From: Gemmatimonadota bacterium
Lineage (GTDB): Bacteria; Gemmatimonadota; Gemmatimonadetes; Gemmatimonadales; JACORV01
DNA: 64,000 nucleotides
Reading direction: 5' to 3'
Assembly (NCBI GenBank): GCA_041476105.1
Contig: JBGOSS010000009.1
Location: 2,798 to 66,797 of the forward strand
In this document: positions 40,705 through 49,959 of the stretch, piece after piece
Layout of the letters: every line of letters starts with the position of its first letter
How positions within the stretch are numbered: the stretch's first letter is position 1
The notes under the pieces: generated by a model
What the model was told of the DNA's origin: nothing
What the model saw: the letters and a program-made list of their open reading frames with translations, nothing else
Database searches by the model: none
Program-made: the position numbers and the translations under genes

Positions 40705-42168
40705 TCAGCGTACTCGCGCCGTCAGCGACCGCAACGAATCCACGCTCGCGTTCCCCGTCAGGCTCAGCCAGAACTTCCGATCGACCCATCGCACCCGCGT
40801 CCCGCCGGTCTCGGTGGTGGTGACCAGGGTGTCGCCCTGCATGAGGCCGGCGAACGAGCCGGTGTGTACGTCGCCCACCTGCTGTTCGAGGACCAGCCGC
40901 GACCCGTGCGCGTCGGTGTAGGTCACCCGCACCACGTCGCGGGCGGGGTCCGCGCCAGGGACCTGGGTGCCGTTGGCGGCCTCCACCCGGGACGGCTGCA
41001 TGCCGTCGATCAGGCGGATACTGCCGCTGAGCAGGCGCACCGCCTCCTCCAGCGAGATGCGACGCAGCGAGGCGGTCGCGGCGAGTCGCGAGACGGGGGG
41101 CGCTTCCTCCTGCGCGTTGCGGAAGCGCGGGGCGCTCGCGGCCCCGGCGGCGCCCAGAGCATTGCGCGACGCGTCGGCGGACGCGGCGTCGGCCAGCGGC
41201 GCCGCCCCCACCGCGGGTGCGTGCTGGGCCGGCGCCAAGGCGGGAGCGGGCGCGGCGGCGCGCGTCTCCACGCCGGGGGAAGGCGGAGACGGCGTCGGGG
41301 TCGGGATAGTCGCCGCCAGCTCGTCGTGGGGCCGCTGCGCGAAGGGCGGGGCCGGCTTGGTCGCCCCCCGGCCGCTTGGCTTGACGCTCGGCGCTCCCGC
41401 CGCAATGCGTCCCTCGTCGGCCCGGGCGGCGGCGCCTTCGGCACGCTCGGGCTCGCGCCGTGCCGGCGGCCGCAAAGCAACCTGGCGGCTGCTCGACAGG
41501 TCAGCCGTCGGCGTCGCGGTCCCGGATCTGCGAGCTGCTCCCGACGCAGCGGGCTGGGAGAGGGCCGCCTCGGCCGGGGCGGCGGCGGGAAGGGCGGCGA
41601 GGGTCTGCCGTTCCGTCTTCAGGTGGTAGACCTCGTTGGCGAGATAGCCCACCCCGACGCAGAGGATCAGACTTGCCGCCCACGCGAGTTTCTCGAGATC
41701 GGGCAGCTGCCACGGGCGCTTGGGCGCAGCAGGCACTTCGCCACGCCGGACCGGACGGATAGCCGGTGTCATGGCCGTCCGGCCGTCGATACTGACGGCG
41801 ATCTCCTTCGACGTCTTGGCGATCGCGGGCTCGCTGACCCGCTCCTTCCGGGTGGATCCCGACGCCCCGGGCCCGCGCGCCAGCGGCGCGACGATCGGCG
41901 GGTCTCCATCGGCCGGGGACCCGGGAAGCGTCGTGGCGACCGGGGGCGGCGCGGTGGAGGCGGGTGACGCCGCCACCGGCGGAACCACGAGTCCCGGTGA
42001 GAGGGCGGTGAGCAGCTCGCCCGCTTCCGCCAGGAAGACACGGGCTTCCTCCAGCCGGCGGGCGCATTCGGCGCACACCGCCAGGTGCTCCTGGACCGAG
42101 CGCGCCTCGTCCGGCGTGAGCTCGCCGTCGAGCAGGGCGTTCAGCTGGCCATCGTCAACGTGCGGCAT
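40705..42168 (-). CDS. Zinc-binding (zf-HC2) anti-sigma factor
   Basis: LLDGEL...HLAVCAEC; single TM (WAASLILCVGVGY); directly follows the ECF sigma gene. Confidence 0.85.
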   Translation of the reverse strand: MPHVDDGQLNALLDGELTPDEARSVQEHLAVCAECARRLEEARVFLAEAGELLTALSPGLVVPPVAASPASTAPPPVATTLPGSPADGDPPIVAPLARGPGASGSTRKERVSEPAIAKTSKEIAVSIDGRTAMTPAIRPVRRGEVPAAPKRPWQLPDLEKLAWAASLILCVGVGYLANEVYHLKTERQTLAALPAAAPAEAALSQPAASGAARRSGTATPTADLSSSRQVALRPPARREPERAEGAAARADEGRIAAGAPSVKPSGRGATKPAPPFAQRPHDELAATIPTPTPSPPSPGVETRAAAPAPALAPAQHAPAVGAAPLADAASADASRNALGAAGAASAPRFRNAQEEAPPVSRLAATASLRRISLEEAVRLLSGSIRLIDGMQPSRVEAANGTQVPGADPARDVVRVTYTDAHGSRLVLEQQVGDVHTGSFAGLMQGDTLVTTTETGGTRVRWVDRKFWLSLTGNASVDSLRSLTARVR

Positions 42169-42664
42169 CGCCCGATCCTTCCCCTCGTTCCCGTTCGTGG
42201 AACGCTTCCACCAGTCGGCGCCGTGCGCGGGCCAGGGTGGTGCCGATGGAGCCCCGCGCGAGGCCGGTGGCCGCGGCGATCTCGTCGTAGCTCAACCCTT
42301 CGGCCTTCATCAGCAGCACGGCGCGGTCCTGCTCGGCCAGCTCGTCGAGCGCCTCGCGGACCACCAGGCGACGCTCGTCCCGTTCCAGCTCCTCGTCGGG
42401 CGCCGGTGCAGCCGCCCCCTCCATCTCGCCCTTGAGCAGCTGGAGCCGGTGCTGCCGCCGCACGGTTTGACGGCCGTCGTCGCGCGCCAGATTGAGTGCC
42501 ACGGCGAAGAGCCACGGCTTCGCGTTCTTCGGCGGGGCTTCCAGCACGCGGACAAACACTTCCTGCGCCAGGTCTTCCGCGCGCTCACGGTCGCCCGTCC
42601 GGCGATAGAGCATCCGGACGAGCGAGCCGTGATAGAGCGCATACAGCTCAGCGATTTCCTGCGT
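42155..42664 (-). CDS. ECF RNA polymerase sigma factor (5' end anomalous; see findings)
   Basis: Region 2 AEDLAQEVF...WLFAVALNLARD; region 4 GLSYDEIA...GSIGTTLARARRRL; frame open back to 42664 (TQEIAELYALYH). Confidence 0.85.
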   Translation of the reverse strand, partial: TQEIAELYALYHGSLVRMLYRRTGDRERAEDLAQEVFVRVLEAPPKNAKPWLFAVALNLARDDGRQTVRRQHRLQLLKGEMEGAAAPAPDEELERDERRLVVREALDELAEQDRAVLLMKAEGLSYDEIAAATGLARGSIGTTLARARRRLVEAFHERERGEGSGDAAR

Positions 42665-44890
42665 TCATGCTCCCCGGTATGCCCGTACGGCGGCGTCCAA
42701 CTCACCCGGCCGCCAGGTGGACATGCCTCCCGTGCTGAAGCGGATACTGGCGCGGCGGCCCGCGACGAGCACGCGATCGCCCGTCTTCAGGTAGGGCGCG
42801 ATCTCCGGCAGCGCGCGCACCAGCTGGAAGTACGCCTCGCTGAACGGGGCGACTTCGTAGACCCTCAAGCTCGCTTGATGAGCGGCGTCCGTCCAGACGC
42901 TGTCGTGCTCGACGAAGAGCTTGCCCGCGACGCGGCGCATGGCGGCCGCGCGGCCGGAGCCGGCGGAAGCCTCCTCCATGGCATTCGTCGCCGCCTGGTC
43001 GGCGGAGGCGAGGTTGCCCGCGCCCATGAGGGCGGAGCTGGAGCGGGCGCGCGCCACGGCGCCGGCGCCGGACTGCGCGGACGGGGCCACGGCGGCCGGT
43101 GCCTGCGCGCGCATCCGATCCATCATCGGCATCGGCCGGCCTGACACCGAAACCGGTTCCTGCACCAGGTACGAGGTGTACTCGGTGAGGATGCCATAGC
43201 GCAGACCCAGGTCGCGGATCTCGGCGACCAGCGTCGGGTTGGTCCCCTCGATCCGGATCTGCCGCGTCAACTCGCCGATGCGGCGGGACGCCCAGAGCCG
43301 CGGGATGAAGGCGTTCTCGTTCTCGCTGGCGGGGAAGGCCACGTCGGTGGTGAAGCGCTCGGTGCGGCCGTTGCGCTGGCCGGTGACGGTGACCCGACCC
43401 TGGCCGGTGCCGTGATAGCGGCCGAAGACCACCAGTTCCTCGCCGAAGAAGACGTCGGGCAGGCGCGAGGGATAGGTCTGCACCAGCTCGACCGGCGCCT
43501 CCTCGTCGATGCGCAGGCTCACCAGTGCTGGATGCCGGACCTTGTTCATCAGCGAGCCGATCGCCTGCTCGACGCTCGCGTCCTGCGCGACGTACTGCGC
43601 CGTTCCGCGGCCCTCCTGGGCGAGGCGGTCGAGGAGATAGGTGTTGACGTCGGCGCCCACACCGAAGGTGAAGACCCGCGCGCGGCCGATGTGCGCGCCG
43701 GCTTCCTGCGCGATGCGCTCCGGCGACTGCTCACCGACGCTGGGGATGCCGTCGGTCAGGAAGACGACGATGGGTACCCGCTCTTCGGCCACGGTGCCGG
43801 CGAGCGCGGCGTCGAGGGCGCCGGCGATGTTGGTTCCGCCGTCGGCCACCAAGCCGTCCACCCAGCGGCGTCCCGCGTCCACGTTCTCGGCGGTCGCGGG
43901 CGTGTAGCCGTCGCGGAAGTTGGTCACCCGGTTCGAGAAGCTGATGAGCCGGAACCGGTCGCCGGCGCCCAACCCGCCGAGGGCCTGCCGGAGCGCGGCC
44001 TTGGCCTGCTCGATCTTGTCGCCGGACATGGAGCCGGAGACGTCCACGACCAGGGTCAGGTCCTTGGCGAGCGCGGTGGCGTCGTCGCTCTGGGCGGGCG
44101 AGATGAGCAGCATGAAGTAGCCGTCCTCGCCGCCCGGCGCGTAGGTGCTCACGCTGGTGCCGACCAGGCCGCGGCGCAGGGGCAGGTACAGCTCGACGTC
44201 GCCGGTGGCCGTGGAGTCGAGGGAGACCAGCAGCGTCTCGCCCTCGCGGCGCGTGGTGATCCGGTGCGTCGGCGAGTACGGTGTGCCGTAGGTCTCGGCG
44301 TTGGGCAGCGTGACGCGGAAGCGGAACTGGTCGCCGGAGCCCGGCGGCTGGTTGAGCGCGCCGTTGGCGAGAGGGCCGCGCTGGCCGATGGCGTAACGCA
44401 GCCGCAGGGCGTCGCCGTCGCGCTGGAGCAGCTGGGTGTAGCGCAGCACCACGCGCCGGGTCTCACCGGGCTGGATGGGGAAGACGCGCGCCCGGACCAG
44501 CCCATGCCCTTCCAGGGTGAGCAGGGCGGGGTCGCGAAGCCGGCGCACGATTTCCTCGTAGACGCCGCGCGCCTGGTCGGCGTTCATCATCTCGCCGCGG
44601 ACCTCGGTCTCGCCCATCCAGAGCGAGAAGTTCTGGAAGACGGCTTCACCCGGCAGGGGATAGAGATACGTCCCCTCGGCGATGCCGCCGCCCGAATTCC
44701 GGAACTGCTCTTCGACCTCGACCGTCGCCACCCGCCCTTCGACGCGGGTGCGCACGTTCGAGGAAATGCGGAAGACGCTGGTATTGACCGCGATGCCCGG
44801 CCGCCGCTCGATGTCGATCCAGCCCTGGGCCCTCAGGGTCGAGGTGGCGCCTGCCAGAACACCTGCCGCCAGAAGCGCTTTCGTGAACAC
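42665..44890 (-). CDS. Exported VIT + vWA domain protein
   Basis: GTG start after GGAGG; signal peptide; VIT (VEEQFRN...EG.YLYPLP, DPALL); MIDAS DVSGSM, GGTN, FLTDG. Confidence 0.88.
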   Translation of the reverse strand: MFTKALLAAGVLAGATSTLRAQGWIDIERRPGIAVNTSVFRISSNVRTRVEGRVATVEVEEQFRNSGGGIAEGTYLYPLPGEAVFQNFSLWMGETEVRGEMMNADQARGVYEEIVRRLRDPALLTLEGHGLVRARVFPIQPGETRRVVLRYTQLLQRDGDALRLRYAIGQRGPLANGALNQPPGSGDQFRFRVTLPNAETYGTPYSPTHRITTRREGETLLVSLDSTATGDVELYLPLRRGLVGTSVSTYAPGGEDGYFMLLISPAQSDDATALAKDLTLVVDVSGSMSGDKIEQAKAALRQALGGLGAGDRFRLISFSNRVTNFRDGYTPATAENVDAGRRWVDGLVADGGTNIAGALDAALAGTVAEERVPIVVFLTDGIPSVGEQSPERIAQEAGAHIGRARVFTFGVGADVNTYLLDRLAQEGRGTAQYVAQDASVEQAIGSLMNKVRHPALVSLRIDEEAPVELVQTYPSRLPDVFFGEELVVFGRYHGTGQGRVTVTGQRNGRTERFTTDVAFPASENENAFIPRLWASRRIGELTRQIRIEGTNPTLVAEIRDLGLRYGILTEYTSYLVQEPVSVSGRPMPMMDRMRAQAPAAVAPSAQSGAGAVARARSSSALMGAGNLASADQAATNAMEEASAGSGRAAAMRRVAGKLFVEHDSVWTDAAHQASLRVYEVAPFSEAYFQLVRALPEIAPYLKTGDRVLVAGRRASIRFSTGGMSTWRPGELDAAVRAYRGA

Positions 44891-44998
44891 GGTTCCTCCC
44901 ATTGTTGGGGTTCTGTATGGGAGACGACCGAGGGTGGGGAAGTTGCACATGGTGAGGCGAGTCACCAAGGCAGACGGCTTCTTGCCCTGAACCAGGAA

Positions 44999-45018
44999 GG
45001 GCCCCGATTTCGGGGCCC
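44999..45018 (-). terminator. GC-rich hairpin, probable terminator of the 45046-46923 gene
   Basis: GGGCCCCG-ATTT-CGGGGCCC; only a weak U-tract. Confidence 0.5.
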
Positions 45019-45045
45019 CTCTCGAAGGCGTCCAGGTTCCAGGTT

Positions 45046-46923
45046 CTAGTAGTCTACCGCAATCACTCCGATGTCCTTCTGCTTCCGGGTCGGCTCGAGC
45101 CGGAAGACGCCCGGGTCGCCGCGGACCGTGAGGTGGGTCATGTTGGGCGGCTTGCTGCCCTCGGGGGCGAGCAGGGCAAGCTGATAGTAGCCGTCGCGCA
45201 GGCCGGTGAAGGCGAAGCGCCCGTCGGGGCCGACGTCCTGGGCGGCGACCATGGCCGAGAGCACCTGGCTCTCGCCGCGCGGCGCGTTGAGGGTCGGGTC
45301 GGCGCCGCTGGTGGGGTCGGGCGCAGACAGCAGGCCGACGCGCCACCCGCTCTTGGAGGACTGGACGCGGCCGCCGAGGCTGCCGTCGGTGTAGGCGGGA
45401 CGCGCCAGCATCGACGCCATCGAGGCGGAGGCGGTGGGCTGGATGATGCGCTGGCGCCAGGACGCTTCCAGGCTGCTGTCGCCGGCGATGCGGGCGAGGT
45501 CGGCGAAGCGCTGGGCGGCGTCGCTGCCGTGCAGGTAGCGCGAGGTGTCGGAGAGGGCGCGCAGCAGGCGGCTGAGCGCGGCCGGCGTGGCGCTGGAGAC
45601 GTTGGGCGCGGCCAGGTAATAGGTCAGGGCGCCGACCCGCTCGGGGCGCGCCGAGAGGAAGATGCCTTCGCGCGCGGGGACCGGGTCCCAGCGCAGCGCC
45701 TGGAGGGAGGCGCGGCAGGAAGCGACGCGGATGGAAGCGCCACTAACCTCGCCGCCGTGCGAGTCGAGCCAGGCGCCGAGCCGCTGCACGTTGGCCGCGG
45801 TCGCCGCCGGCAGCTCACGCTCGTCGCCGGACTGGTGCATGCAGTCGTCGGCGGTGGCCGAGGGGATGATCGGCATGCGCGAGACCCGCTGGTTGGCCGG
45901 TGTGGCCGGGCCGGCCAGGAGGACGACGGCGCGGGCCGGCGCGGTCTTGTCGAGATGCAGCGAGTCGGTGGCGTTGAAGGTGATGGTGTTGGCGCGGGTC
46001 CGCGTCACGCTGTAGGTGGTGAGCGAGACGACCGCGAGGAAGGCGCCGAGTATGGCGCCGAAGAGGGCCGAGCCGCGCCGGTTGCCGGGGCCCAGCGACT
46101 GGGGTGCCGTGACGATGAGCATGACGCCGGCGACGGCCATGGCGACCGCCGCGGTGAGGATGTCGGTCGACATCGCCCAGCCCGCGGTGGCGCCGGCGCC
46201 GTGGTTGGCGGCATCCACCGTCAGCAGGGTGTAGAACGAGTCGAGCGAGCTCGAGAGGAAGGCCCGCGGCTGGCTGGAGAGCATGGTGGCGAAGGTGATG
46301 GCGCCCCAGACGGCGAGGCCGCCCAGCGCGCCGTGCGAGATGCGCAGGGGGATGCGCCGGCCGAAGTCCTTCGGGCCGATGAAGCTCCATACCCCGCCGA
46401 ACAGGATGACCGAGATGGCCGCGTAGCCGACCAGCTGCCGACGCGCCCCGTCGGGATCGCTGCTGAGGGTGGAGCCGAAGAGGTCGTCGATCCGGCTCAC
46501 GCCGACGTAGATGATGAAGGCCAGGACGAAGGCAATGCCCACGGTGGTGATGCGCCGCGCGGGCGAGACGTACTGCGGCCCCTGGCGCGAGAGGATGTCG
46601 GGGTGCATGACGATGACCAGCGCGACGGCCAGGACGATCACCGCGATCACCGACAGCGTCGTTTCGGCGTGCGCCGCCGCGATCCGTGCCGGCCAGGTGG
46701 ACGCGCCCGACCAGGCGGCCGGCGCGATGCCCCACCCCCGGGGGAACGCGAACCCGAACACCGGGTCCGTCGACGCCGAGAGGTCGGGCGGCGCGGCGCC
46801 GGCCGCGCGGGCCAGCGCGTAGAGCGCGCCGAACACGGCGAACAGCGCCGCGACGACGGCGCCGCGACGGGCCTCGCGCCCGGGCGTAGACGGATTCAGG
46901 ACGGGCAGATCGGCGAGGGTCAT
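45046..46923 (-). CDS. Polytopic membrane protein with large extracytoplasmic C-terminal region (unknown function)
   Basis: ~7 hydrophobic segments; C-terminal DGRFAFTGLRDGYYQL is prealbumin/carboxypeptidase-regulatory-like; GGAG before ATG 46923. Confidence 0.65.
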   Translation of the reverse strand: MTLADLPVLNPSTPGREARRGAVVAALFAVFGALYALARAAGAAPPDLSASTDPVFGFAFPRGWGIAPAAWSGASTWPARIAAAHAETTLSVIAVIVLAVALVIVMHPDILSRQGPQYVSPARRITTVGIAFVLAFIIYVGVSRIDDLFGSTLSSDPDGARRQLVGYAAISVILFGGVWSFIGPKDFGRRIPLRISHGALGGLAVWGAITFATMLSSQPRAFLSSSLDSFYTLLTVDAANHGAGATAGWAMSTDILTAAVAMAVAGVMLIVTAPQSLGPGNRRGSALFGAILGAFLAVVSLTTYSVTRTRANTITFNATDSLHLDKTAPARAVVLLAGPATPANQRVSRMPIIPSATADDCMHQSGDERELPAATAANVQRLGAWLDSHGGEVSGASIRVASCRASLQALRWDPVPAREGIFLSARPERVGALTYYLAAPNVSSATPAALSRLLRALSDTSRYLHGSDAAQRFADLARIAGDSSLEASWRQRIIQPTASASMASMLARPAYTDGSLGGRVQSSKSGWRVGLLSAPDPTSGADPTLNAPRGESQVLSAMVAAQDVGPDGRFAFTGLRDGYYQLALLAPEGSKPPNMTHLTVRGDPGVFRLEPTRKQKDIGVIAVDY

Positions 46924-47026
46924 GGCTTCTCCGGTTGGGTACCTGGCAAGACAGGGTGAGAAGCTCACATCTGGCGCCCCGTGCGTCAACCATTAGCTTC
47001 CCGCCCGACCGTTCCCGGAAGGGCCC

Positions 47027-48127
47027 ATGGCCACGTCCGCCAGCGACAAGCAGCTTATCGAGGTCCGCCGCCGGCTGCGCAACGCCGCGCTGGCGGCGCT
47101 GGGCACGCTGGTCGTGGGCACCGGCGGCTACATGATCCTGGGCCGCGGCCGGCACGGGTTCGTGGACGCGCTCTACATGACCGTCATCTCCCTGACGACG
47201 GTCGGTTACGGCGAGATCATCCCCCTCGAAGGCCACCCGTGGGGCCGGGTCTTCACCATGGTCCTGCTGGTCTTCGGCCTGGGCCTGCTGACCTATTTTG
47301 TCTCGACGATGACGGTGTTCGTCTTCGAGGGACACCTGGGCCAGGTGTTCTGGAGGCAGCGTATGCACAAGGCAATCGGAGAGCTGAAGGAGCACTACAT
47401 CGTGTGCGGCGACCGGATGGTCGCGGCGCATGTGATCGACGAGCTGCGGCGCGTCCAGCGCGCGGTGGTGTCGGTCGTGCCGGCCGGCTGCGAGCTGCAC
47501 CCCCTGGCGACCGAGGGGGAGCTGCTCCAGGTGGAGGGCGATCCGGCCGACGAGGACATCCTGCGCGAGGCCGGCATCATGCGCGCCGCCGGGCTGGTCT
47601 CGGCGATGGAGTCCGACCGCGAGAACGTGCTGGTCACCCTCACCGCCCGGCAGACCAACCCGATCATGCGGATCGTCTCGATGCTCATCGAGGTGAAGAA
47701 CGACGCGAAGCTGCGGCGCGCCGGCGCCGATGCGGTGGTCAACACCTCGATGATCGGGGGCCTGCGGGTAGCCTCCGAGATGATCCGCCCTTCAGTCGTG
47801 ACCTTCCTCGATTCGATGCTCCGGGACCGGGACAAGAACCTTCGCATCGACGAGATCACGATCGAGCCCGGCTCCCCCGCGATCGGCCAGCCGATCGGCT
47901 CCCTGCGGGTCAACGCGATGTCGGGGTTGCTCCTCCTGGCGTACGTCGCGGCCAACGGCAAGGACCGGCACTTCAAGCCCGACGAGGCCATGATCGTGGA
48001 GCAGCACGGCACGCTGCTGGTGATGGGTGGTCCCGATGCGGTGACGCAGCTGCGCACCCGCTACGGTGGGCAGCACGCCGGCAGCCTCAAGACGACGACG
48101 GAGTCCCCGATCCCAAGGCGCGCCTGA
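47027..48127 (+). CDS. 2-TM potassium channel with RCK (TrkA-N/TrkA-C) domains
   Basis: Selectivity filter TTVGYG; GRVFT; GDPADEDIL..AGI..A; L.RAGAD.VV. Confidence 0.93.
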   Translation: MATSASDKQLIEVRRRLRNAALAALGTLVVGTGGYMILGRGRHGFVDALYMTVISLTTVGYGEIIPLEGHPWGRVFTMVLLVFGLGLLTYFVSTMTVFVFEGHLGQVFWRQRMHKAIGELKEHYIVCGDRMVAAHVIDELRRVQRAVVSVVPAGCELHPLATEGELLQVEGDPADEDILREAGIMRAAGLVSAMESDRENVLVTLTARQTNPIMRIVSMLIEVKNDAKLRRAGADAVVNTSMIGGLRVASEMIRPSVVTFLDSMLRDRDKNLRIDEITIEPGSPAIGQPIGSLRVNAMSGLLLLAYVAANGKDRHFKPDEAMIVEQHGTLLVMGGPDAVTQLRTRYGGQHAGSLKTTTESPIPRRA

Positions 48128-48959
48128 GCGGGTCGGCGAGCGCGCAGAGCAGGGCGCCGAGAATCGCGCCCGCGATCGCGTCCACGGCGTAGTGGAACTG
48201 CCCGTAGACGGTTCCCACGGCGAGTCCCACGGCGACCGGCGCCAGCAGCAGCGCCAGCCAGCGCGCGTCGCGCCAGAGCGCGAACACCGCGCACCAGGTC
48301 GCGGCCACGTGGGACGAGGGAAACGCGGTCCCGATCGCCGAGCCACCCTCGATCAGCCAGTGCTCGAAGCGCGCCGTCGCCACCTCGGCGATCGGCCCGG
48401 TGGCGTTGCCATAGAAGTAGCGCGGGCCGGCGACCGGGAAGAGCGCGAAGATCACGTAGCAGACGTAGAACCCGAGCGTCAGCAGGAAGCCGGAGCGCTC
48501 GAAGGCGTCGCGCGAGCGGCGGAAGTAGAGAAAGAGCGGGCTGAGCAGCAGGATCCAGTAATACGATCCGTAGCAGAAGTGGAGGACGAAGGAGAGCGCC
48601 AGGTTGGGCATCCGCTGGTGCCAGGTGACGCTCACCTGCTCCCCGAACACCGCCAGCTCCCAGCGCTGCACCGTCGCGTCGTACAGCCGGCCCACGTCGA
48701 GGCTGATCAGACCGAGCTGGGTGTAGAATGAGGCGGTGAGCAGCACGGTGTAGGCGCCGCCGACGAAGGTGACGAGCCGGGTCATCGGCGCCCGCGCGAG
48801 CAGCGCAACCAGCAGCACGGCGAGCGCGTTGCCCGCCAGCAGCCACGGCCAGCTCGCCACCTCGCGGGCATGCCACAGCAGGACCGCGGTATTGATGACC
48901 AGGTAGCCGAGAAAGACCTTGTCGGTCGCGGTCACGCCGCGCACCGGGGCTTCGCTCAT
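48087..48959 (-). CDS. PAP2_3 / Aur1 (IPC synthase)-like membrane phosphotransferase or phosphatase
   Basis: Polytopic; FPVAGPRY, AFPSSHVA, HYAVD; lacks the KxxxxxxRP motif of canonical PAP2. Confidence 0.75.
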   Translation of the reverse strand: MSEAPVRGVTATDKVFLGYLVINTAVLLWHAREVASWPWLLAGNALAVLLVALLARAPMTRLVTFVGGAYTVLLTASFYTQLGLISLDVGRLYDATVQRWELAVFGEQVSVTWHQRMPNLALSFVLHFCYGSYYWILLLSPLFLYFRRSRDAFERSGFLLTLGFYVCYVIFALFPVAGPRYFYGNATGPIAEVATARFEHWLIEGGSAIGTAFPSSHVAATWCAVFALWRDARWLALLLAPVAVGLAVGTVYGQFHYAVDAIAGAILGALLCALADPLRRALGSGTPSSS

Positions 48960-48984
48960 CGGGCGGCCGGCGTCGGTTGGAGCG

Positions 48985-49959
48985 TCAGATCCACCCCTGC
49001 TCCCGATACCACGCCCCGGTCAACCCCATGCCTTCCGCCATGCCGCGCCGCGCCGTCCAGCCGAGCATTCGCTCGGCCTTGGTCGCGTCCAGCAGCCACG
49101 ATGGGGCGAGGAACTCGGCCATCCGGTCGGCGTTGAGGGGGGTATACCAGCCCATCGCCGCCGCGGCGCGGCCGACGACGCCGGCGATCGCGGATGCCAG
49201 CAGGCCGGGCACCGGCACCACGATCGGTGAGGAGCCGATGGCCAGGCCCGCCGCGCGGCTGACCTCGCGGCTCAGCACCACCTCGCGGTGCGCGGCGTGG
49301 AAGACCTGCCGCTCGGCGGCCGGATGCGTACCGGCCTGCACGATGGCCGCAGCCAGGTCCGCCACGTAGACCAGAGACAACTCCTGGGTCCCCGCGCCGA
49401 AGACCGGCGCGATGCCCCGGCGCACGATGCGAAAGAGCTGAAGAAAGGCGCGATCGCGAGGGCCATACACCGCGGGCGGGCGGACGACGCTCCAGGGCAG
49501 ACCCGACGCGCGCACCGCCAGCTCGCCGGCCAGCTTGCTCCGGCCGTAGGCCGTCACCGGCCGGCACTCGGCGTCTTCGGTGAACGGTTTGCCGGCCGCC
49601 GAGGGACCCAGCGCGGCCTGCGACGAGACGTAAACGAAGCGGGTGAGCCGGGGGGCGGCCTCGCGCACCGCGTCGAGCAGGCGGCGCGTGCCCCCCTCAT
49701 TGACGGCGAAGAACTCCGCCTCGCCGCGCGCGAAGGTCGCCCCGGCGACGTGATAGACAGTCTGCACACCCGCGAGCGCGGCGGCGAGGGTGCGGGGGCT
49801 CTCGAGCGAGCCGGAGATCGGCGTCGCTCCGAGCCGGGCCAGTGCGGCGTGCTGATCGGGACGGCGGGCGAGCGCGACGACGGTGTCTCCGCGCGCCACG
49901 AGGGCCTCGGCGAGATGGCTCCCGACGAAGCCGGTGGCGCCGGTGACGAGCGACTTCAC
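48985..49959 (-). CDS. NAD-dependent epimerase/dehydratase; candidate ceramide reductase (CerR-like)
   Basis: VTGATGFVG, YVSS, YGRSK, RPPAVYGP; GTGA overlap with the GNAT gene. Confidence 0.75.
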   Translation of the reverse strand: MKSLVTGATGFVGSHLAEALVARGDTVVALARRPDQHAALARLGATPISGSLESPRTLAAALAGVQTVYHVAGATFARGEAEFFAVNEGGTRRLLDAVREAAPRLTRFVYVSSQAALGPSAAGKPFTEDAECRPVTAYGRSKLAGELAVRASGLPWSVVRPPAVYGPRDRAFLQLFRIVRRGIAPVFGAGTQELSLVYVADLAAAIVQAGTHPAAERQVFHAAHREVVLSREVSRAAGLAIGSSPIVVPVPGLLASAIAGVVGRAAAAMGWYTPLNADRMAEFLAPSWLLDATKAERMLGWTARRGMAEGMGLTGAWYREQGWI

